The notes beneath the pieces were generated by a model. That model was not told where the DNA came from and did no database searches. It saw nothing but the letters and a program-made list of their open reading frames with translations. From NCBI GenBank assembly GCA_964406965.1, contig CAYOTT010000005.1, forward strand, positions 54,878 to 118,877: DNA of 64,000 nt, read 5' to 3'. Source of the stretch: an uncultured Desulfurococcales archaeon (GTDB lineage Archaea > Thermoproteota > Thermoprotei_A > EX4484-217-1). This document shows positions 49,410 to 59,513 of this stretch, in pieces. How positions within the stretch are numbered: position 1 is the stretch's first letter; each line of letters opens with the position of its first letter. The position numbers were made by a program, and so were the translations under genes.

Positions 49410-49476
49410 TTTAAAAAACCTTTAAACCTTTAGTTACAGTTCTTGCTGAATAAGACTGTATCGCTTCTAATAAAAC

Positions 49477-50619
49477 TTATTCACCAATTTCCTCCTTTAA
49501 CCACATAAATTCGCTAGCCGGAGTAATTATGTACATTACATCTTCGGGTTCACTAAACATCACTAGGTTTTCTAAAACTTTTTCCGAATTCATTAGCCTA
49601 TAATTAGGTGATGCTGCCTTAAATAATGTAATATAAGCATTTCTCCCAATACTTAAGCTTTCAGATGAAATACCTAGTATTTCCGAAGAACCATGAAGAA
49701 CAGTCTTAAATAACTCCCTAACTGATGTTTTGAAGTCCCAATAACTGCTTCTAACGAATCTTAATAACTCCCTAAGTTCGTCAAAGAGGAATCCTGAAGA
49801 ACATGTTAAAGAACATGATCCCAACGCGAACATTATTTTCTCTTTAATAAATTCTTTAGCTGGAGGAAACCCTCCAGGTGAATGTAAAAGGCTGCATTGA
49901 GGTGTTAAGATTACTTTAGCGTTTGAAGCCTTAATTAACTCTATTTCTCTACTAGTTATCCATTCAACACCTACTAAAACGACATTTTCCTTTAGCCCAT
50001 TAATTTTTTCAAGATAGCTTACTTGGAAATCTCCGTACTCCCTCTTAAACTGGAAAACTTCGTTTCTAGTATTTGCTATGTGTATTGAAACTAATGAGCC
50101 ACTATTTTCTCTTACTATTTCAGAGAATTCTTCAGGAGTAAATGTTCTTAGAGAATCTACATGTATGAATTTCTCTTTACCAAAGCCTTTTTCCCTAAAA
50201 CTCTTAACTAAGTATCTCCCTTTAAAAATAATGGGTAAGCTCTTCTTCCTTAAGCGTAAGTTTTCCGGGTTAGGGTCCAAGGTTAAAAGAGCTGTTAAAC
50301 CATTTTTCACAAGGAACTTTTCAAGAACCTCCATGTTGAATGAAGAAACGGGGTTTTCTAAAAGCATGCTCCACAACTTTAACCAGTCACAGTCAAGGAA
50401 CATTCCCCTATAATTGTAAGTAAATAAATGTGTATGAGCATCAACCATTCCAGGTACTGCTACCATTTTCGAGCAATCAATTAATGGTTCTCCCTGTTCT
50501 CTTACAATATCCTTGCCTATTTCAGCAATTCTTCCTTCTAGAATTCTTATGTCAATGTTTTCCATAATGAACGTGCCTTCTAGATTCAATATAGCGTATC
50601 TGCAATTCTTAAGTATCAT
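49477..50619 (-). CDS. amidohydrolase-family metal-dependent hydrolase (deaminase/chlorohydrolase-like)
   Basis: Metal-binding HxH in VAVPGMVDAHTHLF, later His/Asp ligands; 380 aa. Confidence 0.6.
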   Translation of the reverse strand: MILKNCRYAILNLEGTFIMENIDIRILEGRIAEIGKDIVREQGEPLIDCSKMVAVPGMVDAHTHLFTYNYRGMFLDCDWLKLWSMLLENPVSSFNMEVLEKFLVKNGLTALLTLDPNPENLRLRKKSLPIIFKGRYLVKSFREKGFGKEKFIHVDSLRTFTPEEFSEIVRENSGSLVSIHIANTRNEVFQFKREYGDFQVSYLEKINGLKENVVLVGVEWITSREIELIKASNAKVILTPQCSLLHSPGGFPPAKEFIKEKIMFALGSCSLTCSSGFLFDELRELLRFVRSSYWDFKTSVRELFKTVLHGSSEILGISSESLSIGRNAYITLFKAASPNYRLMNSEKVLENLVMFSEPEDVMYIITPASEFMWLKEEIGE

Positions 50620-51311
50620 TTTCTTATCAACTCTATTTTCTCTACAACATATTTTCCTTCAAACTCTGATACTATGATTTTTCTTCCATAAACTTTAAGT
50701 TTATACTTAAATAATGGGGCATCAATTACGAATGTTTCTGCTTCGCCGCCTTCAAAAGCGGGGTTAAATCCATACTTTTTAGCTCTATAAATTATTTCAT
50801 CAACATTTTCCTCATCAATAACTTTACCTAGAAATTTAAGAGGCAGACCATAAGCCTTTATTTCTATTATTAATGCTTTAATACCATGTTTAACTAAGTC
50901 TCTAATGTATTCTTCTTGGTTTTTACGCCAAAGTGGACTATAAACCGCTAATCCCAGTTCTTCAGCAACAAAATTAATGTTCATTCTTTGATAATCTGAA
51001 AGAAGAGCCCCTGTAACAACAGCTTCAATACCGTATCTTTCCATAGCTAACTCTAGTGCTTTTCTAAATTCTTTAAGTTCTTCACCTTTAATACCGGAAG
51101 TCTCAACTCTTATTTGTGGTAGCTCCAACGCTTTTGCTTGATACTCCGTATAATCTATCATTGGATAGTGGAACATCCATGAATTCTCTCTTTTCGGTTT
51201 TAACGTTACTAAGCATTTAATGTTGAAGCCTTTAAAGAATGCTAAATGCAACGCATAATTACTATCCTTACCTCCAGAATATAGTGAACATGCTTTCAAC
51301 TGGTAAAGCAC
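50616..51311 (-). CDS. dph6: diphthine-ammonia ligase (Dph6, MJ0570-family PP-loop ATPase)
   Basis: PP-loop SLYSGGKDS at the N-terminus, 231 aa, EGGEAETFV motif; overlaps the amidohydrolase gene by 4 nt. Confidence 0.7.
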   Translation of the reverse strand: MLYQLKACSLYSGGKDSNYALHLAFFKGFNIKCLVTLKPKRENSWMFHYPMIDYTEYQAKALELPQIRVETSGIKGEELKEFRKALELAMERYGIEAVVTGALLSDYQRMNINFVAEELGLAVYSPLWRKNQEEYIRDLVKHGIKALIIEIKAYGLPLKFLGKVIDEENVDEIIYRAKKYGFNPAFEGGEAETFVIDAPLFKYKLKVYGRKIIVSEFEGKYVVEKIELIRK

Positions 51312-51387
51312 CTTAGTGTTTTTCTGAAATATTCTTTAAGAAACCTAATTATATTTGCTCGTTTTCTCTTACACATAGCGGAAATTC

Positions 51388-52641
51388 ATGAACTATGAGG
51401 GATTAGCTATGTTATCTGCTGAAGAGTTACTGCTAAGTCTTATGTTGGCTTTAGCGTTAGCTATGATTGTAGGTAAGCTCTTTGAAGAACTATTTGCTAG
51501 GCTAAAATTTCCCCCCGTAATAGGAGATTTAGTAGCTGGTTTAATCCTAGGAACAGCCTTGCTGAATATTTTCCCTATAAACGATACAGTCAAGGTTATC
51601 GGATGGTTTGGAGTTGCAATTCTCCTATTTTATGCAGGTCTCGAAACACGCTATAGAGATTTTATGAAGAATCTGAAACTTTACGGAATAATAACTATCG
51701 GTGAAGCTATTGCAGCATTCGCAATAGGCTACCTTATAGGGATAGCTTTCGGCTACCCGCCTAAATCAGCATATTTCATAGGTGCTGTTTTAGAAGTTAC
51801 AAGCATTAGCGTTACGGTAAGAACGCTTATAGAAATAGATAAGCTAGGCACCCCTGAAGGATACACAATACTTGGTGTTGCTGTTTTAGACGACTTAGTA
51901 GCGTTAATAACAATAGTTGCTGAAGCAGCCTTCATAACTACAGGAAGGTTCGGCATAATTGTTCTAGCAAAAACAGCTACCTTAGCCTTCCTTTTCTAGA
52001 TTGTAACGGTCTTAATATTGCATAAATTATCAAGTAAAATAATGTCATTAGCTTTCAAAATGCATATTGAAGAAGCTTTATCCTCGATTCTCTTAGGAAT
52101 ATTTGCTCTATCAGCTTATTTAACAAAGTACTTCGGCTTATCACCTTTAGTTGCAGCTTATGCAACAGGTTTAGCTTTTTCGGAAGCTAGAGGTATTAGA
52201 AGAGTTTCTGAAAGAATGCGTTTTCTATCAATGATATTTTCCATAATATTCTTTATGATTACAGCTGCTGAACTAGATATTAAGCGAACCATTAATTTTA
52301 ACTATTTACCATTTTACCTAGCTATGTTAGGCAGTGCTTTTCTAGGTAAAACTTTCGGTGGAGGATTAACTTCATTTCTCATAGGATACCCTGCTTTAGC
52401 CTCTTTACGTGTAGCTTTTGGATTATTTCCGAGAGCAGAATTCTGCATAATAGCAGCTTATATGGGATATTCATATGGCATTCTAGGTGCAGAAGCATAT
52501 TTAGCAGCATTACTTATAGTCTTAGTAACGAACTTTATAACACCACCCCTTCTAAAGTATGTTTTTGAACATGGACCTCCAACTAAGCATATTGAGTTTC
52601 GCTGGAGAAAACTTATATGTAGAAGGGGGAGGCGAAAATGA
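51388..52641 (+). pseudogene. cation:proton antiporter (CPA2/Kef-type), third paralog, interrupted by an in-frame TAG at 52000-52002
   Basis: ORFs 51388..51999 and 52018..52641 are in the same frame. Read-through gives ...TATLAFLF*IVTVLILHKLSSK..., which is colinear with the intact paralogs at 36099 and 37411. Confidence 0.7.
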
Positions 52642-53177
52642 GGGACTATGGAAGCGGCAAGATTATTCTTAAGAAATTCTACTCAGCGCTTGAGGAAGTT
52701 TTAAAGATGAAAATAGAGAACTTTCTTGAGCAACATAAAGACATCTTACCTAAATTTGAAGTTGTACATGAAAACGAAAGCGTTGAAGAAGTCCTTAAAC
52801 ATCTTAAAGAGGATAAACATTACATAATAGTTATTGACAAGAAAGGTAAAATGAGAGGCATAATAACATACATAGATTTTATGATAATGTTCGGTAAGAA
52901 GAGAACAACAGCCTTATTTGCCCCATTTTCGTCGGTAACAAGGTCGCTTAAAAGAGCACATATGCCGCTTAAAACTCTCGCTGAACTCAAGGCTTCAGAT
53001 ATTATGAACATTGCACCACCACATGTTTGGAATCATTCCAAAGTAGAGGATGCGTTAAACAATATGAGTAAAACAGGGAATAACTTCGCAGTAGTTATAG
53101 CGAAGAGGGAAAAGGTAGTAGGCATTATTACAGCTCACGCTATTTTTAGAGCTATAATTCGTAAAGCTGAACTGTAA
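52638..53177 (+). CDS. CBS domain pair protein
   Basis: Two CBS motifs; overlaps the antiporter stop by 4 nt; 179 aa. Confidence 0.75.
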   Translation: MRDYGSGKIILKKFYSALEEVLKMKIENFLEQHKDILPKFEVVHENESVEEVLKHLKEDKHYIIVIDKKGKMRGIITYIDFMIMFGKKRTTALFAPFSSVTRSLKRAHMPLKTLAELKASDIMNIAPPHVWNHSKVEDALNNMSKTGNNFAVVIAKREKVVGIITAHAIFRAIIRKAEL

Positions 53178-53196
53178 AGGAGAATAAGCTCACTAC

Positions 53197-53607
53197 CTAC
53201 AGGATTTTGATGTTACGTATACTTTTTAATGCTAATAGCTTAGCTGTTTTAACAGTTCCAGGTGCAAGCTCTGGAATATGCTTCGTTTTTAAAACGACAG
53301 CTTCTATACTTTCTTTACCTCTAATATGAGCAATATATGCTCTTGCATGTCCATCAACTATATAATACTTTCCTCCAAACTCCAACACTACTATAGGATT
53401 AGTAAACTCCCTTTCTTTCATTAACGTTCTAACCTTTGATTTCTCAATAAATGGCTGTGTTGGAACAAGTTCATCAGTATATACCCTCCCATATTTTACG
53501 AGAACACTTTTTCCATAGATTCTTCTATAATACTCAACGTACTTAACTATAGTTTTCCAGTAATCATACTCTCTAGGTAAGTGCTCATTAGTGGTTATTA
53601 TTTCCAT
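53197..53607 (-). CDS. small ParB/Srx-fold (ParB N-terminal nuclease-like) domain protein
   Basis: 136 aa; core IVVLEFGGKYYIVDGHARAYIAHIRG matches the ParBc consensus (y.iidGhhRlrAa). Confidence 0.5.
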   Translation of the reverse strand: MEIITTNEHLPREYDYWKTIVKYVEYYRRIYGKSVLVKYGRVYTDELVPTQPFIEKSKVRTLMKEREFTNPIVVLEFGGKYYIVDGHARAYIAHIRGKESIEAVVLKTKHIPELAPGTVKTAKLLALKSIRNIKIL

Positions 53608-53966
53608 AGAGTTCCAAGTATACTTAAACCTCGGATAATAGTTTTAAAAAATATTCTAAACGCTTTAACACTTGAGTGCCCAGAAATATATTTAGCATAA
53701 CATCTATGATGTCCGTCAATAACGAAGTACTCACTACCTGTCGTAATAGCTACTATTGGTAAATCATAATTCTCGATAAGGGTTTTCTTAAGGACAATTG
53801 CTAACTTCTCTAGTTCAAGAAATTTTTCAGTAGCGTAGAGTTTAGGAAAACTTATTGATGTTTCGATGTAACTTAGTTTAACGCTATATATTTGCTCAAA
53901 ACTCCTTATAATTGATTTTAATCTTTCAAAAGCTTCTTTATATGATGAAACAACACGTACTGTCAA
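53598..53966 (-). CDS. small ParB/Srx-fold domain protein, tandem paralog
   Basis: 122 aa; core IVAITTGSEYFVIDGHHRCYAKYISG; overlaps the downstream paralog by 10 nt and the upstream ATPase gene by 4 nt. Confidence 0.5.
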   Translation of the reverse strand: MTVRVVSSYKEAFERLKSIIRSFEQIYSVKLSYIETSISFPKLYATEKFLELEKLAIVLKKTLIENYDLPIVAITTGSEYFVIDGHHRCYAKYISGHSSVKAFRIFFKTIIRGLSILGTLWK

Positions 53967-54766
53967 CTTCTTCTCTCAACTTTATTCTTTAAAATTTCCA
54001 CTATTTTACCTATTCTTTCAGCTACTTCAGTTTCTAAAAGCTTTTCTGGAGCATTTTCATCGAGGGCCTTAGCTATTTTGAAGTCAAATGGTATTTCAAT
54101 AACATATTCTATATTGTATTTATTAGCTAGTGAAAATACATTACCTTCCCCCATGATGAAAGCTCTTTCACCAGCAATTACGTAATATGCCATGTTGTTT
54201 ATAAGCGCTAGAACGGGAACTTTAAGGTCACTAAATAATCTAATGGCCCTTTCAACAACGCTTAATGAAATTCTTGAAGGTATTGTTACTATCAAAGCCC
54301 CCCTACTTCCATTAATGCTTTCTACAGAAGTTAATGTTTCATCACCTGTTCCGGGAGGTAAATCAACAACTAGGAAGTCTAAAGAACCCCAATTAGTTAT
54401 TGCTAGTAACTCCTTGATTGCATTAGTTTTTGCTTTACCTCTTAAGGGAATTGCTTCATTTTTCGCAAAGAAACCTATGGACATTACTTTTACTCCTAAG
54501 GTCTCAGGAGGCACCAGCCCCTTCTTACTCTCCTCAGGCTCAGTATTTTCTAAACCTAAAATTTCAGGAATCACTGGGCCATGAAGATCTAGGTCTAGAA
54601 GTCCAACATTAAATCCTTCTCTAGAAAGCTTAAGAGCTAAAATAGCTGAAATAGTTGATTTTCCAACACCACCTTTACCACTCCCTATAAGCACAGTATA
54701 TTTTATGTTCCTAAATCTTTCCTTAATAATTGCATCTCTAGGATCATAGAATTCCATGATAACCAC
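53963..54766 (-). CDS. Mrp/MinD-family P-loop ATPase (ATPase-type HypB-like)
   Basis: Deviant Walker A GSGKGGVGKST, Mrp/NBP35-type motif VVDLPPGTGDE. It lies immediately downstream of hypA, as for the Mrp/MinD-type HypB of Thermococcales. Confidence 0.7.
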   Translation of the reverse strand: MVIMEFYDPRDAIIKERFRNIKYTVLIGSGKGGVGKSTISAILALKLSREGFNVGLLDLDLHGPVIPEILGLENTEPEESKKGLVPPETLGVKVMSIGFFAKNEAIPLRGKAKTNAIKELLAITNWGSLDFLVVDLPPGTGDETLTSVESINGSRGALIVTIPSRISLSVVERAIRLFSDLKVPVLALINNMAYYVIAGERAFIMGEGNVFSLANKYNIEYVIEIPFDFKIAKALDENAPEKLLETEVAERIGKIVEILKNKVERRS

Positions 54767-54769
54767 CGC

Positions 54770-55204
54770 TTATTTTATGAAATCTATTTTAGCTATGTAA
54801 ACCCCTCTTCCCTTCACTACTTCAAAATCCGGGCTTCCACACTTAGGGCATTTTACAAACGAGTTTACTAAATCGGGAACATAATGTACGGGATTGTCAC
54901 ATTCTTTATCTGATGATCCACAAAACACTTCATTAATTCTCTTTTTCACATTAGTAAAGTTCCATGTAAAACCGCAGCTTAAGCATTTAAAAACCGCTTC
55001 TTCAATTTCAAAAAGAAACTCAGCATTCTTAAGGACATCATAATCTCTTTTAAGCTCATTAGTAGCTGATTTTAAGATCTCTAATTCTAACTGAGAAAGC
55101 TCACCTACCTTCACATAGACCTTAACAACCTTTGAAGCCCCATGTTCTTGAGCTATTTTAGCTGATGAAACAACTATGCTTTCGGCAATACTCCATTCAT
55201 GCAA
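54770..55204 (-). CDS. hypA: hydrogenase nickel-incorporation/metallochaperone HypA
   Basis: N-terminus (M)HEWSIAESIV, two CxxC pairs (CLSCG ... CPKCG); TTG start; 144 aa. Confidence 0.8.
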   Translation of the reverse strand: MHEWSIAESIVVSSAKIAQEHGASKVVKVYVKVGELSQLELEILKSATNELKRDYDVLKNAEFLFEIEEAVFKCLSCGFTWNFTNVKKRINEVFCGSSDKECDNPVHYVPDLVNSFVKCPKCGSPDFEVVKGRGVYIAKIDFIK

Positions 55205-55401
55205 AACATGTACACCCTACCGAAAAACTAGTATCATAGAAAATAAAGCTTTAGCTACAATACGATATAGGGTTTAACTACGCAATTAAGCTCTAAGAGC
55301 AAACTATTTATTCTCCTTCAAAGGCTAACTTGGTTAAGGGTAAGGTGAGCAAGTGCATGCCTAATGAATGCAAAGAGTTAAGCATAGGATTTAATGATAA
55401 A

Positions 55402-55665
55402 ATGTTTTACGCTAAAGTTTGCGGTAAAAGAGTAGTAAAGGCTTCTTTACGAAATAGATAATGACGTTTTTCACATAATATCAACATACACGCTTAGAGC
55501 ATTTAGGGGCAAAGGTTTAGCATCTAAAGTCGTGAAGAAAGCACTAGAATATGCTTTAGAGAGAAAATTTAGAAAACTTAAGGTTTCATGTAGCTTCGTA
55601 AAAAAATGGTTAGAAAAACACCCTGAATTTAAAGATAAATTTGAAGAAATAATTTTTCTAGCCTA
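55402..55665 (+). CDS. GNAT-like N-acetyltransferase (Acetyltransf_CG/YjdJ family), 87 aa (not in ORF track)
   Basis: MFYAKVCGKRVVKLLYEIDNDVFHIISTYTLRAFRGKGLASKVVKKALEYALERKFRKLKVSCSFVKKWLEKHPEFKDKFEEIIFLA. This matches the ...HTEVPEALRGQGIASQLV...LKVxPSCSYVxxYLEKHPEY pattern of this small GNAT family. Confidence 0.55.
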
Positions 55666-55750
55666 GAATAATAGTATTTTCTTTAATTTCAGTTATGGGA
55701 AATCGTTAAATACATTTTACCTAACCTAATTACCGGTAAGGTGTTTACTT

Positions 55751-57628
55751 TTGAAAATAGAACGTATCATAGGGGTTTTTGAAAGAGAATTTTCTTCAAA
55801 GAAAGCTATGGAGCACGTTTACGAAATAAGTAAGTATCATAGAATTCAAGGATCACAGGGACTCATAGATGCAGGCAACTATATAGCGAAGGAAGTTAAA
55901 GCTTATGGTTTAAATGTTAGGAAAATTACGTTTAAATACGACGGTATTTCAAAGTTTTACGGCTTTACAGCACCTATGGGATGGGATATTAAGGATGCTT
56001 GGTTAAAAATTGTTAAGCCATATGAAAAACTTGTTTCAACTTTTAGAGAAATTCCTACAATGGTTATATCGCATTCTCCTGGAACAAAGGGGGAGGTTAT
56101 TGAAGGAGAAATAGTCTATATAGGCTCTTGGAGACCCAGTGTTTTCCGCAAAATTAACGTTTCAGATAAGTTTGTTTTAGTCTCCGAAAGACCCTACAAT
56201 GTATTTATTGAAGCTGCTAAAGCTGGGGCTAAGGGAATAATTGTTTTTAAGAGAAACTCTCCTGAACCAAATGCTGTACCCTACTTCGGCCTGTTTCTTA
56301 GTAGGAAGGAGGCGAGAAAATACTCTAAAACAGTTGCTCTAGCTATTTCAGAAAGGGTAGCTAATGAAATAGTATCGGCTGTGGAGAAGGGAAGAAAAGT
56401 TGTTGTTGAAACCTTTATTGACGCTGACTACAGGGTTAAGCAAGGATTCTCCATAGTTGCCGAAATCGAAGGCGAAATGGATAAGTACGTTGGATACATA
56501 GCACATTACTGCCATCCATCTCCCGGAGCAAACGATAATGCATCAGGTTCAGCAACATTACTTGAAATATCTAGAACTTTGATAAACATTTATGAGAGAA
56601 AATGTTTAGATAGAGGAGAATTAGGGTTCAGATTTATTTGGGTTCCAGAATACACGGGAACATTAGCGCTTCTTCAGAAAGAGCCTTCCGCAATTGAGCA
56701 ACTGGAGTTCCTAATAAATTTAGACATGGTTGGTGAAGCTCAGGAAAAAACAGGTTCAACATTTAACATAATTAAAACACCTCTCACATTACCTCACTTT
56801 GGAAGCGAGCTTGCCGAAGCAATCGTAGATACTGTTTTTAAAAGAGAACGAACATTTAGCGGTTCAACAAGGCTTCCTGTTGTTAAATATGCTTTTACAG
56901 AATACTCTGTAGGAAGCGACCACGATATAGGTAATTTCGCCAAGAAACCGTCAATCATGTTTAATCAATGGCCAGATAAATATTACCATACACATATGGA
57001 TACCCCGGATAAGGTAAGTTCTCTTTCCCTGAAATTAGCTGGGGTTTCAGCATTAACCTTAGGCTACACTATTTCATCTAAAACAGTAGATAAGAGAGTA
57101 GTTAGTTTGGTACACGCATATCTTATGAAGAATTACTATGAGAAACTTGTAAGAATTTTAAAAAGCACTAATAAAGTAGATACTTTGAAAAACATATTCA
57201 CAAAACACTACCTCACCTATGCTTTAAAAACATTAGATACCTTATGTACTAGGTGGAAACATACATGTAATGAGGTTATGAAGGTTAAGAAAAATGTTTT
57301 AGCAAAGCTACGGTATAGAAAGGTTAAGATAAAAACTTCTAAGAATTTATCAGAGAAAACATTAAGGTTGAAAGTTAAGGAACTATTTAGCATGAAGAAA
57401 GCTTTTTCCGAAAAACCTAAGGTAGCAAAGGAGCTTACTTCGCTTATGGAGAAAAACAAAGCACTATTCTCGATAATATACAGCACTATAGTAGCTTTAA
57501 ATATTAATCCAAGAACATATCGCGAACTCTATGAAATCATGATTTCCGAGTACGGGTGGTTCGAAGAAAAGAATTATGCAAGAACGATTCGAGCACTTGT
57601 TAAGCTAGGTTTACTCGAAATTTCATAG
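55751..57628 (+). CDS. M28-family zinc peptidase (aminopeptidase-like, PA domain) with C-terminal helical/wHTH-like extension
   Basis: M28 metal-ligand motif HYCHPSPGANDNASGSATLLE, later EYTG and DHD/H ligands; 625 aa; TTG start. Confidence 0.6.
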   Translation: MKIERIIGVFEREFSSKKAMEHVYEISKYHRIQGSQGLIDAGNYIAKEVKAYGLNVRKITFKYDGISKFYGFTAPMGWDIKDAWLKIVKPYEKLVSTFREIPTMVISHSPGTKGEVIEGEIVYIGSWRPSVFRKINVSDKFVLVSERPYNVFIEAAKAGAKGIIVFKRNSPEPNAVPYFGLFLSRKEARKYSKTVALAISERVANEIVSAVEKGRKVVVETFIDADYRVKQGFSIVAEIEGEMDKYVGYIAHYCHPSPGANDNASGSATLLEISRTLINIYERKCLDRGELGFRFIWVPEYTGTLALLQKEPSAIEQLEFLINLDMVGEAQEKTGSTFNIIKTPLTLPHFGSELAEAIVDTVFKRERTFSGSTRLPVVKYAFTEYSVGSDHDIGNFAKKPSIMFNQWPDKYYHTHMDTPDKVSSLSLKLAGVSALTLGYTISSKTVDKRVVSLVHAYLMKNYYEKLVRILKSTNKVDTLKNIFTKHYLTYALKTLDTLCTRWKHTCNEVMKVKKNVLAKLRYRKVKIKTSKNLSEKTLRLKVKELFSMKKAFSEKPKVAKELTSLMEKNKALFSIIYSTIVALNINPRTYRELYEIMISEYGWFEEKNYARTIRALVKLGLLEIS

Positions 57629-57705
57629 AGTATTTGCGGGAAAAACTAATATAAGAGCTATAATGCTAAAGTGAGGCTAGGTGAGCATTATTAATACCAA
57701 CGTTC

Positions 57706-59130
57706 ATGGCAACACAGCATCCAGACAGCACGGTTAAAATAACTACGAAAGAAGAGGCTTCTGAAGCAGTTAACGCTATTACACCTCTTATCGATGGAGG
57801 TTTTGGATGTAATGAAATAATGGTTGATTATGAGGGAAAACTTACAGCATACCACCAACCCGAATGGATTGTTCAGGAAGCATATAAGAAAGGTTTTCTT
57901 GCAGGAAAAGACTTTTTAATAACAGTTAGAGCACCAAATGATATTTTAGAAAGCGAAAGCAGACATTTAATGACTTTAATGGCTGCTATATTGGCTAATT
58001 TAAAATCATCTAAACTCTACAACGAAGAAGCAGTCCACTACATAGTGCTGCCTATGACGGAGAATCCTAGAGACATAGTTAATGTTCAAAGAAAAATAAA
58101 TAAACTAAGGAGATTTGTGGAAGAAGAAGCAGGATATAAATCTAGAAAGGAAATACATGTTATACCTCTTTTTGAGCTCGTAAGAAAACATGTAAAAATA
58201 GATTACTTACTTGAAGCTGCAAGTGTCAGTTTAGTTAAGGAAATAGGGCACTTCACAGATGCCTTTAGAGTTTTTCTAGGGAAAAGCGATGCTTCACTTC
58301 ATTCAGGTCACGTTGCAAGCACATTATCTCTCAAGCTAGCATTAGCTAAGCTACATTACTGGGCTTCTGAAAACTATGTTAAAGTATATCCCATAATAGG
58401 TATGGGTAAGGCTCCTTTTAGAGGCCATTTAGCACCACATAACATTGAAAACTGGGTTAAAGAGTATAAAGGATACTCAACTGTAACAATACAGTCAGCC
58501 TTAAGATATAATACTTCAAGACCCGACTACGTAAAAACATATGTTACTTTAAGAGAACATTCAAATCAAGAAGCGTCAATAAACATTTTAAAGAGTTACC
58601 CTGAAGTAATGGCGTTAATTAAGAAGGCTGAAACCGCTTACCTAAAGAGACTTTCGAAAATAGCTGAAATTGTTTGGAATATCTCTCAGCAAATACCTCA
58701 AACAAGAGATAGAGTAACTGTTAAAGAATATAAGAGGAAACAAGGAGAAATAATTTTACCAAGAGCAATAAAGTTCGTAGCTTCAATGTATACCATGGGT
58801 TATCCACCGTCACTTCTGGGTTTAGGATTATTTCTAGATAAAACATGTAAAGGTAAAGCGGAAGAACTTGAGCTTCTCTTAAAAATTTATCCTTCACTAA
58901 TGAAGGATGTAAAGTTCGAAATGAAATACTATGTTCCTGAGGCATTTAAGAAATGGGTTGGTAAAGAAGCTAACGAGCTAATTTATGATGTAAGAAGAAC
59001 TATAGACATACTCGGCATAGATTATGATGAACCCCATGATAAATATCGTAAGTTAATAGTAGAGCTTACATCAAGAATAACTATGAGAAGCTTAGTTAAA
59101 GCTGCAGAGTTTAGAGGGTTTTTAGGTTAA
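57706..59130 (+). CDS. ppcA: archaeal-type phosphoenolpyruvate carboxylase
   Basis: N-terminus MATQHPDS (atPEPC hallmark ...MSTQHPDN), 474 aa. Confidence 0.85.
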   Translation: MATQHPDSTVKITTKEEASEAVNAITPLIDGGFGCNEIMVDYEGKLTAYHQPEWIVQEAYKKGFLAGKDFLITVRAPNDILESESRHLMTLMAAILANLKSSKLYNEEAVHYIVLPMTENPRDIVNVQRKINKLRRFVEEEAGYKSRKEIHVIPLFELVRKHVKIDYLLEAASVSLVKEIGHFTDAFRVFLGKSDASLHSGHVASTLSLKLALAKLHYWASENYVKVYPIIGMGKAPFRGHLAPHNIENWVKEYKGYSTVTIQSALRYNTSRPDYVKTYVTLREHSNQEASINILKSYPEVMALIKKAETAYLKRLSKIAEIVWNISQQIPQTRDRVTVKEYKRKQGEIILPRAIKFVASMYTMGYPPSLLGLGLFLDKTCKGKAEELELLLKIYPSLMKDVKFEMKYYVPEAFKKWVGKEANELIYDVRRTIDILGIDYDEPHDKYRKLIVELTSRITMRSLVKAAEFRGFLG

Positions 59131-59210
59131 CTAATATTGTTATGTGAAAGAGAAAATCATAACGTTTTTACACTATTTTAACATCATTTACTTGTGAGGT
59201 AGAATATACT

Positions 59211-59480
59211 ATGGCTCGAAAGGCGAGTAAGTATAGTGGATTCGCACTTCTCACCATAGGATTAGTTCTCTTAGTAACCGTCTTCATATTAGCTTATATG
59301 GAATATAGGGGGGTTATTGTTCCGGAAATGAAGTCCCAAGAAGACATTATTTCATGGATTCTAAGTTGGGGAGTATATATCATTATGAAAATAGCATTTC
59401 TAGGAGTAATGGGTTGGATAGGATCCATAATAACATTGAGAGGAGTATCCCTTATAACATCAAGTGAAGAGCGATATTAA
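59211..59480 (+). CDS. small membrane protein (2 TM)
   Basis: 89-aa hydrophobic ORF downstream of ppcA. Confidence 0.4.
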   Translation: MARKASKYSGFALLTIGLVLLVTVFILAYMEYRGVIVPEMKSQEDIISWILSWGVYIIMKIAFLGVMGWIGSIITLRGVSLITSSEERY

Positions 59481-59513
59481 GGATAAAAAGACAAAACATA
59501 GCGGTGCATTTTA

